From Heteronotia binoei (Eukaryota): DNA of 64,000 bases. Where the stretch lies: positions 30,566,001-30,630,000 of the forward strand of contig NC_083227.1 in assembly GCF_032191835.1 (NCBI RefSeq), written 5' to 3'. This document shows, in pieces, positions 1-10,517 of this stretch; the stretch's first letter is position 1, and each line of letters opens with the position of its first letter. Both the position numbers and the translations under genes were made by a program. The notes beneath the pieces were generated by a model, which made no database searches, was not told the DNA's origin, and saw nothing but the letters and a program-made list of their open reading frames with translations.

Positions 1-590
1 GGGTGTCTTCTGTGGGGAGCAGAAGGGAAGATGTTTCGGCATTTCTCTTAGTGTCCAAGTGAAGGGCAACTTCTTGTTGCTCTTGGCGTTTCTTCCTGAT
101 TCATGGTCCATGCACAACCCAGGCCGATCTCTGTTCACATGAACCTCTTGCCAGCCAACCCCCTTAGCCCTGCCACACGCCAGTGTTGTTGCTGCTGTTG
201 CCTCTCGCCAGGAAGCCCTCCAATTAAATCGAATAAGCAAATGCAAGCCCCGGCTGCACCTCCAATCCCATGCCACTGCTGCTCTCCGTCTCCTGAGGCA
301 AGATGGAGAGTGAGACTGAGATATAAGCCAGATATAACATTGAAGCAAACTGCACGGATTTTAAAAAGCATTGCCTTGAGAGTCTTTAGGCAAAGTGTGA
401 TATTTTAAAATGATACTTCTAATACTATTTGGTGGGGGGGGGGGAAGGATGAAATGGTTGGAGTATGGGGGCGGGCAGATAATGAATCAAACTTCAGATT
501 TTTTACAATCTCTGAAAATCTGCTCAGAAGCAAACAAAACAAAACAACCAATCAGCCCTTTGTGTCATTATTGCTTTGAGCAGGGCTTTT

Positions 591-769
591 TAAAAAAGAA
601 AAAGTCCAGCAGGAACTCATTTGCATAGTAGGCCACATCCCTTGACAGGACCATTATTTCAAATGGCTTTTTTGCAGGAAAAAGCCCAGCAGGATCTCAT
701 TTGCATATTAGGCCACACCCCCTAATGCCAAGCCAGCCGGAACTGCGTTCCTGCTCAAAAAAAGCCCTG
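591..769. mobile_element. Palindromic non-autonomous DNA transposon (MITE, CAGGGCTTTTTT termini)
   Basis: Termini cagggcttttt (591) / aaaagccctg (769). Internal inverted ctcatttgcata blocks. Flanks gctttgag / gtttgaga resemble an 8-bp TSD. The same family recurs at 2691, 9124, 27396, 34253, 36752 and 62008. Confidence 0.75.
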
Positions 770-1380
770 GTTTGAGAGAGAAACAAAAGATGTCTGTTGT
801 GGTAAAGAAGATGGAAATGTTATCACTTAGTTGCCTGGGGTGGTAGCTTAAGACAGTCGTCAGGACACTTGAGTGGGTAATGGAGGCCTGCTGGGTCATG
901 AGCCTCTTTAAAGCATCTGTTTCTCTTCTGTTGCTCTCTGGAAGGGTCCCCTGTCCATGGGCATTGCATCTTCTGCCTTTCTTGATGGTAGGAGGCCAAT
1001 GGTGGCCAAGCGGACTTGTTTTAACACAGGGAGATTGAGAGATGTCCCTCACCCCAAAAGCTGTCCCTTGTCCTCCCAGTTGGGCTGCCACTCAATCCAC
1101 CTGCGCTTTGCATGCATTTGAAGGGCATGGTTCTGCTCCCCGCTAGTGAAGTTGTCACAGGCTCCTCCCCTTCCTGTCAGGTGCTTGTAGTTTGGTAGGC
1201 TCTGTGCTTTGGCTGCCTGGGCATTAAAGGTGAATCTGGAAAGTTTGAAGATCACAGTCTCAGAGGGACCATGGCTTAGTGGTGGAGCATTCGTTTTACA
1301 TGTGAAAGTCCACCGTTTCAGTCCTTGAGTATTTTCAGTTAAAGGAAATGGCCATCTTCTGGTACCTCTGTGGTAGTTAC

Positions 1381-1690
1381 ATAAGAACATAAGAGAGGCC
1401 ATGTTGAATCAGGCCAATGGCCCATTCAATCCAACACTGTGTGTCACACAATGGCCGAAACTCAGGTGTCATCAGAAGGCCCGCCAACAGGGCCAGAACT
1501 TCAGAAGCCCTCCCACTGTTGTCCCCTCAAGCACCAAGAATACAGAGCATTTCTGCCCCAGACAGGGCTCCCTCTATACCTTGTGACTAAGAGCCACTCA
1601 CGGACTTTGCTCCACGTGTTTATCCAGTCCCCTCTTGAAACTGTCTATGCTTGTAGCTGCCACCACTTCCTGTGGCAGTTCTTGGAGATC
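1381..1690 (-). mobile_element. CR1 LINE 3' fragment
   Basis: Begins ataagaacataagagaggccatgttgaatcaggccaatggccc, the reverse complement of a CR1 3' tail. The same block recurs at 12342, 15496, 18118 and 57632. Confidence 0.75.
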
Positions 1691-2029
1691 CTATTCTGGA
1701 AGGTGAAACAAGATTGTACCACAGAGACTTGAGTCAGTATAAGGCAACTTTGTATGAAAGCAGCCTTCAGGCTTCTCAGCATAAGGAAGAAGTGAAATCC
1801 TAATTAGTGATACAGCAGCCCACTCACAATAAAGAACTGACAAATGGTCTGGTGGTGATAACGAACAGAACCTCTATATGCAAAGGCAGTATACCTGTTA
1901 CGCGCCCCAAGTCTGTTTTTAAAGACCCAGTCCATTTTCCCTTTTCATCCTCCTGCCCCACACACTACTGTGTATATGACAGCTTCCTGTCACTTCTGAC
2001 CCTGTCACTACCAGCCGCTCTCAGTTGAG

Positions 2030-2222
2030 AGGGATGGGCTGTGACTCAGCGACAGTATCTGCTTGGCATGCAGAGGGTCAACCCCCGGCATCTCTACTTA
2101 AAAAGACCAGGAGGTATCTGATATGAAAGACTTGCCTGAGACCTTGGAGAGCCGCTGCCAGTCTTGAGTAGACAATACTGATTTCGATGGTCTGATTCAA
2201 TATAAGGCAGCTTCATGTGTTT
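2030..2222 (+). mobile_element. tRNA-derived SINE (Squam3-like)
   Basis: tRNA(Ala)-like head (gggctgtgactcag...cccccggcatctc), body ccttggagagccgctgccagtc, tail tataaggcagcttcatgtg. Confidence 0.8.
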
Positions 2223-2690
2223 ATTTGAGAGAAGATCTGCACTCACAAAGACAACTGCATGTGTGTGGCTCTGTCTGGATTTAGCTATACCCCACCCATC
2301 CCCCCACATGGGGACTACCTGATTCAATCATCCCTCTGTTTTATCCTCACCACAGCTCGGTGAGGTAGGTTAGGGGGAGATTGGCTCCTGGTGACCTTAT
2401 AGAGAGAATGACACACCTTGTATTGAGGGTGAAATCTTGAATTTGTGCAGCCAATCAGCACGTAAGGATGGATCTGGCCTCCAGGTGATTGGTCATCAGA
2501 GTTGCTGAAAATCAGGCTTTTGTCTTAGCAGACATGCCAACTTGATCTGCTGGACTTCGTGAAAAGGAAATTGAAAGATTTTCAGATTTGGGTCCAAAAG
2601 TACGTAGTTTATAAATTACCATTTGAACACAAATGGCTTGGGTTTTGTTCCTATTTTAATAGATTATTGCTTAGCCATAAAAAATACGTC

Positions 2691-2857
2691 TAGGGCTTTT
2701 TTTGGTAGCAGGATCTCCTTTTCATATTAGGGCACACACCCCTGATGTAGCCAAGATGTACCCCTGTACTAAGAGCCCTGTAAGCTCTTGGAGGATTGGC
2801 TACATCAGGGGTGTGTGACCTAATATGCAAAGGAGATCCTGGTTCCCAAAAGCCCTG
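2691..2857. mobile_element. Palindromic MITE (hAT-like)
   Basis: tagggctttt...aaagccctg termini. Internal cctgatgtagcc / ggctacatcagg inverted repeat. Confidence 0.75.
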
Positions 2858-2964
2858 CTTATGTCTGTGCATCAAATGCAAGAAAGATAGTGTTAATAAA
2901 ACTGACATTATATTGTTTTCATTAATTATAGCCTATATGGTCTAATCAAGCCTTGAATTTTCCC

Positions 2965-3230
2965 TAGAAGGTAAAATGACTAAATGGAGGCTATTGTGCT
3001 TTGGGCTTATCATGAGAAAATGTTAACTCATTGGAAAAGACAATAATGCTAGGAAAAGTTGAAGGCAACAGGAAAAGAGGAGGGCCCAACATGAGATGGA
3101 CCTAGTTTAGGAAGCCATGCCCCTCTATTTGCAAGACCTGAGTAAAGTTCTTAATGATAGTACATTTTAGAGAGCATTTATAGAGTTGCCACAAGTGGAA
3201 GCAACTTGTCAGGACATAAAACCCACCACA
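2965..3230 (+). mobile_element. RTE/BovB-like LINE 3' fragment
   Basis: ggaaaagacaataatgctaggaaaagttgaaggcaacaggaaaagaggagggcccaac encodes the EKTIMLGKVEG.RKRG RTE C-terminus. Paralogous to 32575-33055 and 37763-38062. Confidence 0.75.
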
Positions 3231-4719
3231 AGGTCAAAAGTTATCTAGAATTAGCGGCTTTCTAACAGCGTAAGTTGACTTTGTTAAAGAGTACCATGAA
3301 CTTAAGGAAAAACAGCAGCATTTTCAATAATGTTTCTATTTAACATCATTAAGAGTGATGCTGTTTTCCTCTGAAAAGACCAGCTTTTAATGTTCAGTTT
3401 AAAAATTGCCTTCCATCCATTAGAATTGCAGACATTGACAAATTCTCTGCTTGGTTTTGGACAAACAAGTCCTTTAAATCTGGTTCTGTCCCAATACCAA
3501 TGGAACTTTTTAACGTAATGTTGCTTTGTGTTCTTACCAGCACATCTTTGTACTATAAGATCCAGACTAATGGGTGTGGGATCTCATTTTTTAAAGATTC
3601 ATGTTGCTGTATTGCTGTCATAAATGTTTTTATTCCTGGATCTGATGAAGAGAAATACATTAAAGAGAGTTTTTCCTTCTATAATTGCAACTTTTATTTG
3701 TTACATCAGAAGATATAGGTGGATAATCAAATTAATAATGTTTTGCATGGTACCTCTGCCTCTTGTTTCCAACTAACCCTACTCGGTAACAGCCGTTCCA
3801 CCTTCTGGGTACTTATGAGGCCTGTTGGGTCCTCATTCTGATTTGTATCTGACAAAGTGAGCTTTGACTAATGGAAGCTTGTACTCTGAGTCTGGAGAAT
3901 TTTGCTGGTCTTTAAAGGGCTACTGGACTTGAACACTGGAAGGTATAATCGTTTACTGTTTTTATTTTACACAGATTGGCAGTCCACATATCTGTAAAAT
4001 TCTCCATCAACACTACATTTCAAATGAATCAACTTTCTTTCCTGTCAGCCTTCTTCATAGTCCAACTTTCACACCCATATAGGGTAATGGAGAAATTGAA
4101 TACTATGTCACAAATTAACTTGGTCTTGGCTTTCCTTTAAAATGCAATCTGATCTAGAACTACTGCTGTTGATTTCAGGGGACATATAGAGTAACTTTAA
4201 GGTGGGACTGCATTGTGACAGGGCTACTGCCTTCTAAAACAATTGGAGTTCAGAGGATTTAGAAGGGCATAACTCTTAAGACGCTTGAGTCCAGCAAGCT
4301 CCGTCCTCTTCTAGAGCTAGAAAAAGGGAAAGATGATGCAATCAAATAATATAGTGATGGACGGTGTATATTTTATTTTTGTAAGTCTGTTGAAGTACTG
4401 GTTTTTGCAGGATATTTTTTCCCTTCCTGTACTTTCCTAGAAAATTGGTATTACATAACAACATAGAAGAGAAGAGAAAAAATAGGGTTACCAGATGCCC
4501 TCTTTTTGTGTGTGTGTGTCAATCCTCTTGGTGTTTTTTAAAAATGATTTAAATGCCTTATTTTGGGGTTGGGAGGCTTAGTAGCAATTACCACAGCTTA
4601 AATAGTTGGGGCATTTAACATGAGACTCTTGTCATAGAGTGATCAGTTGTTAGAAGTAGTCAGTGGGGAACTGTGTCCTCATTTTTTCCTTTCAAAATAT
4701 GGTAAATCTCCAGATAAAT

Positions 4720-5200
4720 TAGACTGTTAGCAAAAGTAAACTCTGCCTCTGAGGACGTACAGAGCGCCTCATCCCCTGGACCACACCCTCCTTCCCCCTC
4801 CCCGCTCCCTCTGAGTCGCATCCAAGACTCCTCCTGCCCCGGGACTGCTTCCGGGTGCCTTTTGTTGGCTTGTGGGCGGCGGGGGGAGGGTTGCATCGCG
4901 GCGGATGCTGCCACGGCCTGGAGCAGAAAGGAAGGCACGGTGCAAAAATCCAAGAGCACTTAGGGGCGGCTTGACTGGGAGACAGCAAAAGAGAGGGTGG
5001 GAGAAGCCAGATCGGCGGAGAAAAGAGCGCTTTGTGGACGAGCTGCCGGTGCAAACGCTGGAGAAAGAAGCAGGCGGAAAATCGGCAGGGCGAGCAGCAA
5101 ATCTGGCCATGATGCTGGTAAAAAAGGCTGGGGTGGAAGGAGGATACGCGGGGCCGGGGGGTAGTATTTGCGTCCCCTATATGGGGCATTGCTTGGATGC
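4720..5200 (+). promoter_or_regulatory. CpG island / likely promoter of KRAB-ZNF gene A
   Basis: Local GC and CpG enrichment in CpG-depleted surroundings. ETS-type cttccggg motif near 4848. Lies ~2 kb upstream of the KRAB-A exon. Confidence 0.7.
4905..5117 (+). CDS. Candidate first coding exon of gene A (ATG 4905 or 5109; ends ...AANLAMML)
   Basis: Open frame to CTG|gtaaaa (gt at 5118). Phase 0 matches the KRAB-A exon (AMML|[10 protein letters not shown]). The donor is only moderate and the start choice is uncertain. Confidence 0.4.
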
Positions 5201-5704
5201 ATCCCAGGTGTAGGTGTGTGAAAATGTAGTTCTCTCCGTAGTATTTGCCCAACTGACATCAGTGCATTTAGGTTAGAGGAATCGAGTGCAGGATTGCTTT
5301 ACAATCTCCTGCAGCTAAAATTACAGACAGTACCTTAAAGATAGAAGGGCCAGTGGCGTGATGGGGTCGCGAAGAGTCAGACTCGACTGTGCGTTAGGAG
5401 GCATTAAGGTCGTCCTCACGATAAACGTGCCAGTTTTGCTCCTGTCGCTAAATGTTTAGATGTCAGTTGGTTTACAGTGGGAAAGAAATGCCCTCTTTTT
5501 GACCCAGGGTTATTAGCAATAGAATAATTAACAGGCATTCTCACATTCTGACATACTACTGTTTTATGGTTTCCCACGCTAATGCAACCCAGATTAGAGG
5601 TTTTCTGAATTTGTTAATTTTACTATTCTGCTATTGGATTTTAACTTTGTACCACTATTCCAATCCCCACCAGCTATATGTGGCTGTGCTTACTGTACCT
5701 CATT

Positions 5705-5830
5705 CCTCGTCTGAAGAAGCGCGCATGCATACGAAAACTTACGTTCTGAATAAAATTAAGTTGGTCTTAAAGGTGCAATCGACTCCTATTTTGTTCTACT
5801 ATTTTAGACCAACACGGCTGCCTACTTAGA
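5705..5830 (+). mobile_element. Penelope-like element terminal fragment with minimal hammerhead core
   Basis: ctgaagaagcgcgcatgcatacgaaaacttacg...ttggtcttaaaggtgcaatcgactc. Related copies at 3845, 15270, 25916 and 58710. Confidence 0.65.
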
Positions 5831-6345
5831 TAGCTTTACAGTGGAGTAATTCTGCCCAGGATCTCACTGTCAGAGCCAGGGTACATTTATTGGAGCAAAA
5901 ATAAAAGACTAAGAGTTTGATTTCACTATAAGCTTGGTTTATAGGTAATACAGGGTGGTGGTGGTTGTTTTAAGCAGGAACGCGGTTCTGGCTGACTTGG
6001 TTTCAGGGGGTGTGGCCTAATATGCAAATAAGTTTCTGCTGTTTTTTTCCTAATAAAAAAGCCCTGAACTAGAATTCACTTCTTCAGGTGCAATGAGCGG
6101 ATCATTGCTGAGTAGATCATTTATGTAGGAATATGGAACAAACTAACAAACAGCAGGATCAAAGGGTCATGAAATGCTGGAAGAACCTGGTGAAATGTAG
6201 TTGTGTAAAATTAAAGTCTAATCAGGAAAAAGGCAAAGGCCCTTCGCTAGTGAGATTTTAGACCAAGGGCGCCTTAGAGGTGTAAGCTTTTGAGAGTCAA
6301 AACTCCCTTCATCTTTGGCTCTTAAAACTTGTAAAATGTGAAACA

Positions 6346-6613
6346 CCAGTCGTTTCTGATGATGGGGTGATGTCACATCATGACATTTTCATGGTAGACT
6401 TTTTAGGGGCAGTTTGTCATCGCCTTCCCCAGTCATCTACACTTTCCCCCCAGCAAGCAGGGTACTCATTTTACCGACCTCGGAAAGATGAAAGGCTGAG
6501 TCAACCTTGAACCGGCTACCTGAACCCAGCTTCTGCCGGGATCGAACTCAGGTCGTGAGCAGAGGGCTTCAGCTGCAGTACTGCAGCTTTACCACTCTGT
6601 GCCATGGGGCTCT
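6346..6613 (-). mobile_element. Sauria SINE (Squam1-like)
   Basis: The reverse complement reads agagccccatggcacagagtggtaaagctgcagtactgcag...gttcaggtagccggttcaaggttgactcagcc...gactggggaaggcgatgacaaac. Paralog of 26124-26430. Confidence 0.85.
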
Positions 6614-7059
6614 GAAAACTTATAACCCCCCCAAAATCTTGTTGGGTCTCTAAGATGCTACTGGATTCAAATCTAGCTGTTACGGTGCCGACCTCCTGAA
6701 ACTGTCTTCTCTAGCTATGCTAAGCTAGTTAATGAGTGGAAAGTTATAGGTTTTGTTGAAGAATTTGTGGTTATAATGGAATAAAAAACTCTAAATCCTG
6801 GTTCAGTCAATGGGCGGGGGGAGTATATTGTTAGTAAACTCTTAAACAATAAACCACAAAATAGCTGTATCTGGGATTTAGCTGTATCTTTCCTCCCATT
6901 GAATCTGGATTTGGTATTTTTCTTAACTGTGACTTCATCTGAGCCTGTGAAGCTTTACAAAGTCTATGGGCTGTATAGATCTTTGTGTTAATGGAGCAAC
7001 GGCATTGTTCTCAGGGCAGCAGGCACTGTGGAGGCATTTGCTTTTTTTCTTTCTTTCAG

Positions 7060-7186
7060 GGCCAAGTGACTTTTGAGGATGTGGCTGTATATTTCACAGA
7101 GAGTGAGTGGACTCTGTTAAATCGAGGGCAGAGAGCCTTATACTACGAGGTCATGCAGGAGAATCATGAGAATGTGGTCTCTTTGG
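7060..7186 (+). CDS. Gene A KRAB-A exon
   Basis: Acceptor tttctttcag|, donor G|gtaag. Exactly 127 bp, phase 0 to 1 (canonical KRAB-A). [42 protein letters not shown]. Confidence 0.95.
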
Positions 7187-7624
7187 GTAAGGATCCTGTT
7201 GTCACTGGACATAATGATCTCTTTTGCAGGTGTGTACGTAGAGTAATACTACAAGGACATTTCTGAGGGATGTGGAATTGTGATTTCAAAGTCATGATAC
7301 GTAGAAATAAGGACTATCCCTTATGTGTGCTGAAGAATTGGTGCATGCACATCTTTCCTCAGCAAATCCTTGCTTCCATGGATTTGTACTGTCTCTAAGC
7401 GTCTCTGTTACCTAGAAGAAAAGCCCTGTAGGGTTTTGTGGCTTGCATATTTTTCTTCTGCAGAGCCTCAATTCAAAATGAAACCATAAAACCTCTCCCT
7501 ACTTTCCAGCTACAGACTCCATTCGTTTAGCTGCTGTACACTAAGAGTGGGAAGTAAAAGGGAGGAAGAGAAACCCTTGTGTAAATATATAATAATCAGC
7601 ATTCAGTGCCTTTACATTCAATAT

Positions 7625-7815
7625 TGCTCTGACAAGGATGGCCCAGGGTAGCCCGATCTCAGAAGTGAAGCAGATTCTGCCCTGGTTAGTACTTGGATGG
7701 GAGACCACCAAGGCAGTCCAGCATGGCTTCAGAGAGACAGGCAATGGCAAATCACCTCTTGCCTTGAAAACCCTATGGGATCGACATAAGTCAGCTATAA
7801 CTTGATGGCACTTTC
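7625..7815 (+). mobile_element. 5S rRNA-derived SINE with RTE/Sauria-type tail (5S-Sauria-like)
   Basis: gcccgatctc...gaagtgaagcag...ccctggttagtacttggatgggagacc matches the 5S rRNA internal control region, followed by a gcaatggcaaatcacc...taagtcagc tail. Confidence 0.8.
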
Positions 7816-7855
7816 TGCTACCAAATGCAATCTGATGCTATTTGTTTCTGCACAG

Positions 7856-7939
7856 GATTTCCTGTCATCAGATCCCGCTTGATCTCTCGGTTGGAACAAG
7901 GGGATGCACCATGGATTCCTGATCCAGACACTGTGGAAG
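7856..7939 (+). CDS. Gene A KRAB-B exon (B1), GC-AG donor
   Basis: Acceptor tttctgcacag|. GFPVIRSRLISRLEQGDAPWIPDPDTVE matches the KRAB-B box. 84 bp, phase 1-1, ending at AAG|gcaaga. Confidence 0.85.
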
Positions 7940-8134
7940 GCAAGAATTCTTTTCTCTGCTCTATCGCACCTCAGTCAAAAAAACACCAAGGCTGGTTTGT
8001 TCTCCATTCTCAAAAGTCTTCAGTGTTGAGCAAAGGCCTAGAGTTTTCACGAAAGCAAGGAGAAAACTACCACTGCTACTTCCAGTTAGAATATGAATCA
8101 TTGCTTATTCACCTTGCCTCTTTCTTTTAACCAG

Positions 8135-8236
8135 GGTTTCCTGACATGAAAATGAAGGTGGGCCTGGAAGAGGAGCCATGGGCCCCCATTTGCCAGGGTC
8201 CTGAGGGACGAGGTGCCTCCCTAGTTGCCTGTTCAG
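8135..8236 (+). CDS. Gene A second KRAB-B-like exon (B2)
   Basis: Acceptor tttcttttaaccag|, donor TCAG|gtgagt. 102 bp, phase 1-1. GFPDMKMKVGLEEEPWAPICQGPEGRGASLVACS. Confidence 0.75.
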
Positions 8237-8584
8237 GTGAGTGGCAAGGCTTAAGCAACCATGAGGATCTCTTTAACTGTGTGCCATTTCTCCATGATCA
8301 AACTTTACTATAAATAAGTGGCAGAAAAATGTTTGTTTTTATGACCAGTATTGTTAGGTTTATTTCAAAAATCACTTTTCTACCACTCAGGCTTCTAAAT
8401 ATAACAGCCATGAAACATCGGCGAAGGCCTTGTCTCTATGCCTTGCTGTTAGCCCTCCATAGTAACAGGTTAGTCACCGTGTAAAACAGGATGCTGAACA
8501 AGATGGATGACTGGTCTGATCCAGCAAGGCTCTTCTTTTATTTATAAAATATGATTGTGGTATAGTGGTTGCTGGTTAGTGTAG

Positions 8585-8805
8585 TGCCCTGACCTGGACA
8601 ACCCAGATTAGACCAGACCTGGATATCCCAGGCTAGCCCAGTCTTGGAATCTAAAGCAGGGTCAGCCCTGATTAGTATTTGGAAGGGAGACCACAAGCAG
8701 GCAAAGTCACCATGCAGATACAGGCAATGAGAAACCACCTCTGAATGTCTCTTGCCTTGAAACCCCAAAGGGTTGCTGTCAGTCAGCTGTGACTTGACAG
8801 CAAAA
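8585..8805 (+). mobile_element. 5S rRNA-derived SINE
   Basis: tgccctgacctgga head, aagcagggtcagccctgattagtatttggaagggagacc, and tail cagtcagctgtgacttgacagc. Confidence 0.7.
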
Positions 8806-9123
8806 AGAATAGTTGTGGTTAGGTTATCAGACTAAGGTTGGGGAGATCAGAAGCTGACTGGGTAAACTTGGGCCAGTCATTCTCAGCATAAGCCACCTCA
8901 CAGAGTTGTTGTAAGGATGAAGAAGGCCCTCTCCCTTGAGGTTTGCCTTGTACTTAAGTTACTTTTTCTGTGGGGAGGCACTGTAGGTCAGTGGAAGAGC
9001 ATCTGCTTGGCTTACAGAAGGCCCCAGGTTCAATTCACACTGGTGGATACATCCTCCTTTATTTCCAATTCCCTTTCCACATTGGGTATGTTTTCCAATT
9101 GTCTTCCATTATGTACGCATAAT

Positions 9124-9291
9124 CAGGTGTGGAATTCCAGCAGGAGCTCCTTTGCATATTAGGTCACATCCCACTGATGTAGCCAATCCTCCAAGAGCTT
9201 ACAAGGCTCTTTTTTGTAAGCTCTTGGAGGACTGGCTACATCAGGGGTATGTGGCCTAATATGCAAAGGACCTTCTAGAATTCCACCCCTG
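9124..9291. mobile_element. Palindromic hAT-like MITE
   Basis: caggtgtggaattc...gaattccacccctg termini. Flanks cgcataat / tacataat (degenerate 8-bp TSD). Confidence 0.8.
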
Positions 9292-9481
9292 TACATAATC
9301 AATTTCATATGGTAAATTCCATCTATCCCTCTGCATGATTTTCGAGGCTTAAGCTTACCCTGATCCCCCAGTTTGAACCAGTAGAAGAGCTATGGATACT
9401 GGATCACAGAGGCTTGAAGGGACACAAAATAAAGTACATGAATTTCTGTTAGAACACAGTTCAGCCAAACACGATTTTATT

Positions 9482-9711
9482 TTTATTTATTCATTTATAC
9501 CCTGTTTTTCTCCCCAGTGGGGACCCAAAGCAACTTATATCATTCTTCTCTCCTCCATTTTATTCTCACAACAACCCTGTGAGGTGGATTGGGCTGAGAG
9601 AGTGTGACTGGTGCAAGGTCACCCAGTGAGTTTCCATGGCACGAGTGGGGATTCAAGCCTGGGTCTCCCAAATACTAGTCTGACACTCTTAACCACTACA
9701 CCACATTGGTG
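9482..9711 (-). mobile_element. tRNA-derived (MIR/L2-tail-like) SINE
   Basis: Ends taaccactacaccacattgg (reverse complement of the head). Contains acaaccctgtgagg and a tttatttattcatttata tail. Confidence 0.7.
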
Positions 9712-9750
9712 TTTGGATTACCAGTCCTCACTTCTTCTTCTTCTTTTCAG

Positions 9751-9852
9751 TGTTTTCTAATGTGGTGATAAAACTGGAACCAGAAGATGACTCATGCCTG
9801 CCAGATCAGCCATGGTTTGAGGGAAAGGAGACTTTTTCAGCTGCCAGCAAGG
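9751..9852 (+). CDS. Gene A third KRAB-B-like exon (B3)
   Basis: Acceptor (ctt)n ttcag|, donor AAGG|gtaag. 102 bp, phase 1-1. VFSNVVIKLEPEDDSCLPDQPWFEGKETFSAASK. Confidence 0.75.
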
Positions 9853-9884
9853 GTAAGAAGGGACAGATAATTTTATATGTAGCC

Positions 9885-10141
9885 CAGGGATCCCCAACCT
9901 TTTTGAGCCCATGGGCACATTTGGAATTCTGACACAGTATGGTGTGTGAAGCAACAAAATGGCTGCTGCAGAAGGCAGAGCCAGACATAATGGTTGCTAC
10001 AGCTTAACCTCAATAACAGTGCAAATCCTTCAGCTGTGGTAGCAGCCTCTGCCAAAGCATTTTTAAAAAATCATCACAGAGTGCTAGAAAAGTTGTTGGT
10101 GGGCACCATGGTAGCCACACGTAGCACGTTAGGGATTCCTG
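9885..10141. mobile_element. hAT/Charlie-like MITE
   Basis: cagggatccccaacc...gttagggattcctg termini. Flanks atgtagcc / acatagcc. Confidence 0.7.
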
Positions 10142-10517
10142 ACATAGCCTTCTGCAGTCCTTTGTGACTTATGTTTTTCCTGAATGAAACATTCTCTTTG
10201 GTAGTAGTTGTTCTTATCTCAGTGGGGAGGGGGGCAAGAGCAGAGAAGAAGAGCTGCAGTATAAGTGCAGTATAAAATGTAGCAATTCCAAATTGCACCT
10301 GATGTTTCATGGTCCCAATACGGAGGTAAGGGGAACAGAGTCTGGGAGAACAGAGGAGGTACTGTGGTTATTTTTGCGAGACATAGAGGGTTAACTTTCT
10401 TGCAAGGTTTCATGTCCTTACAACTGACTCTTAAGTTCCTGTTTACTTTGAATCCTGATATTAAAATATCCTATCTGAAGCATTCCTTAGGTTATAGATT
10501 TTTGTTTCTTCCAATAG

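Noticed and set aside
1-1260. ORFs at the left edge (poly-Cys 103..408; minus 708..1091 and 1049..1402; an open minus frame running off position 1)
   Set aside because: No KRAB, SCAN or ZF motif. The poly-C/Q runs come from a (TGC/TGT) repeat. A minus-strand exon of a neighbouring gene cannot be excluded, but I cannot support one.
5218-5240. ZNF143-like ACTACA motif
   Set aside because: Only a partial match (aactacattttcac on the minus strand), lacking the TCCCA core.
4660-5259. Several overlapping minus-strand ORFs of 99-177 aa
   Set aside because: A by-product of GC-rich CpG-island DNA (few stop codons). No domain similarity.
7650-7710. 5S rRNA-like sequence
   Set aside because: Partial, diverged, dispersed and always fused to a retroposon tail, so not an rRNA gene.
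10364-10517. ORF-track N-terminal extensions of ZF exons (also 22688-22754, 34494-34623, 40456-40519, 60891-60951)
   Set aside because: They are intron sequence read through polypyrimidine acceptors, often from GTG/TTG starts that do not apply to a vertebrate gene.
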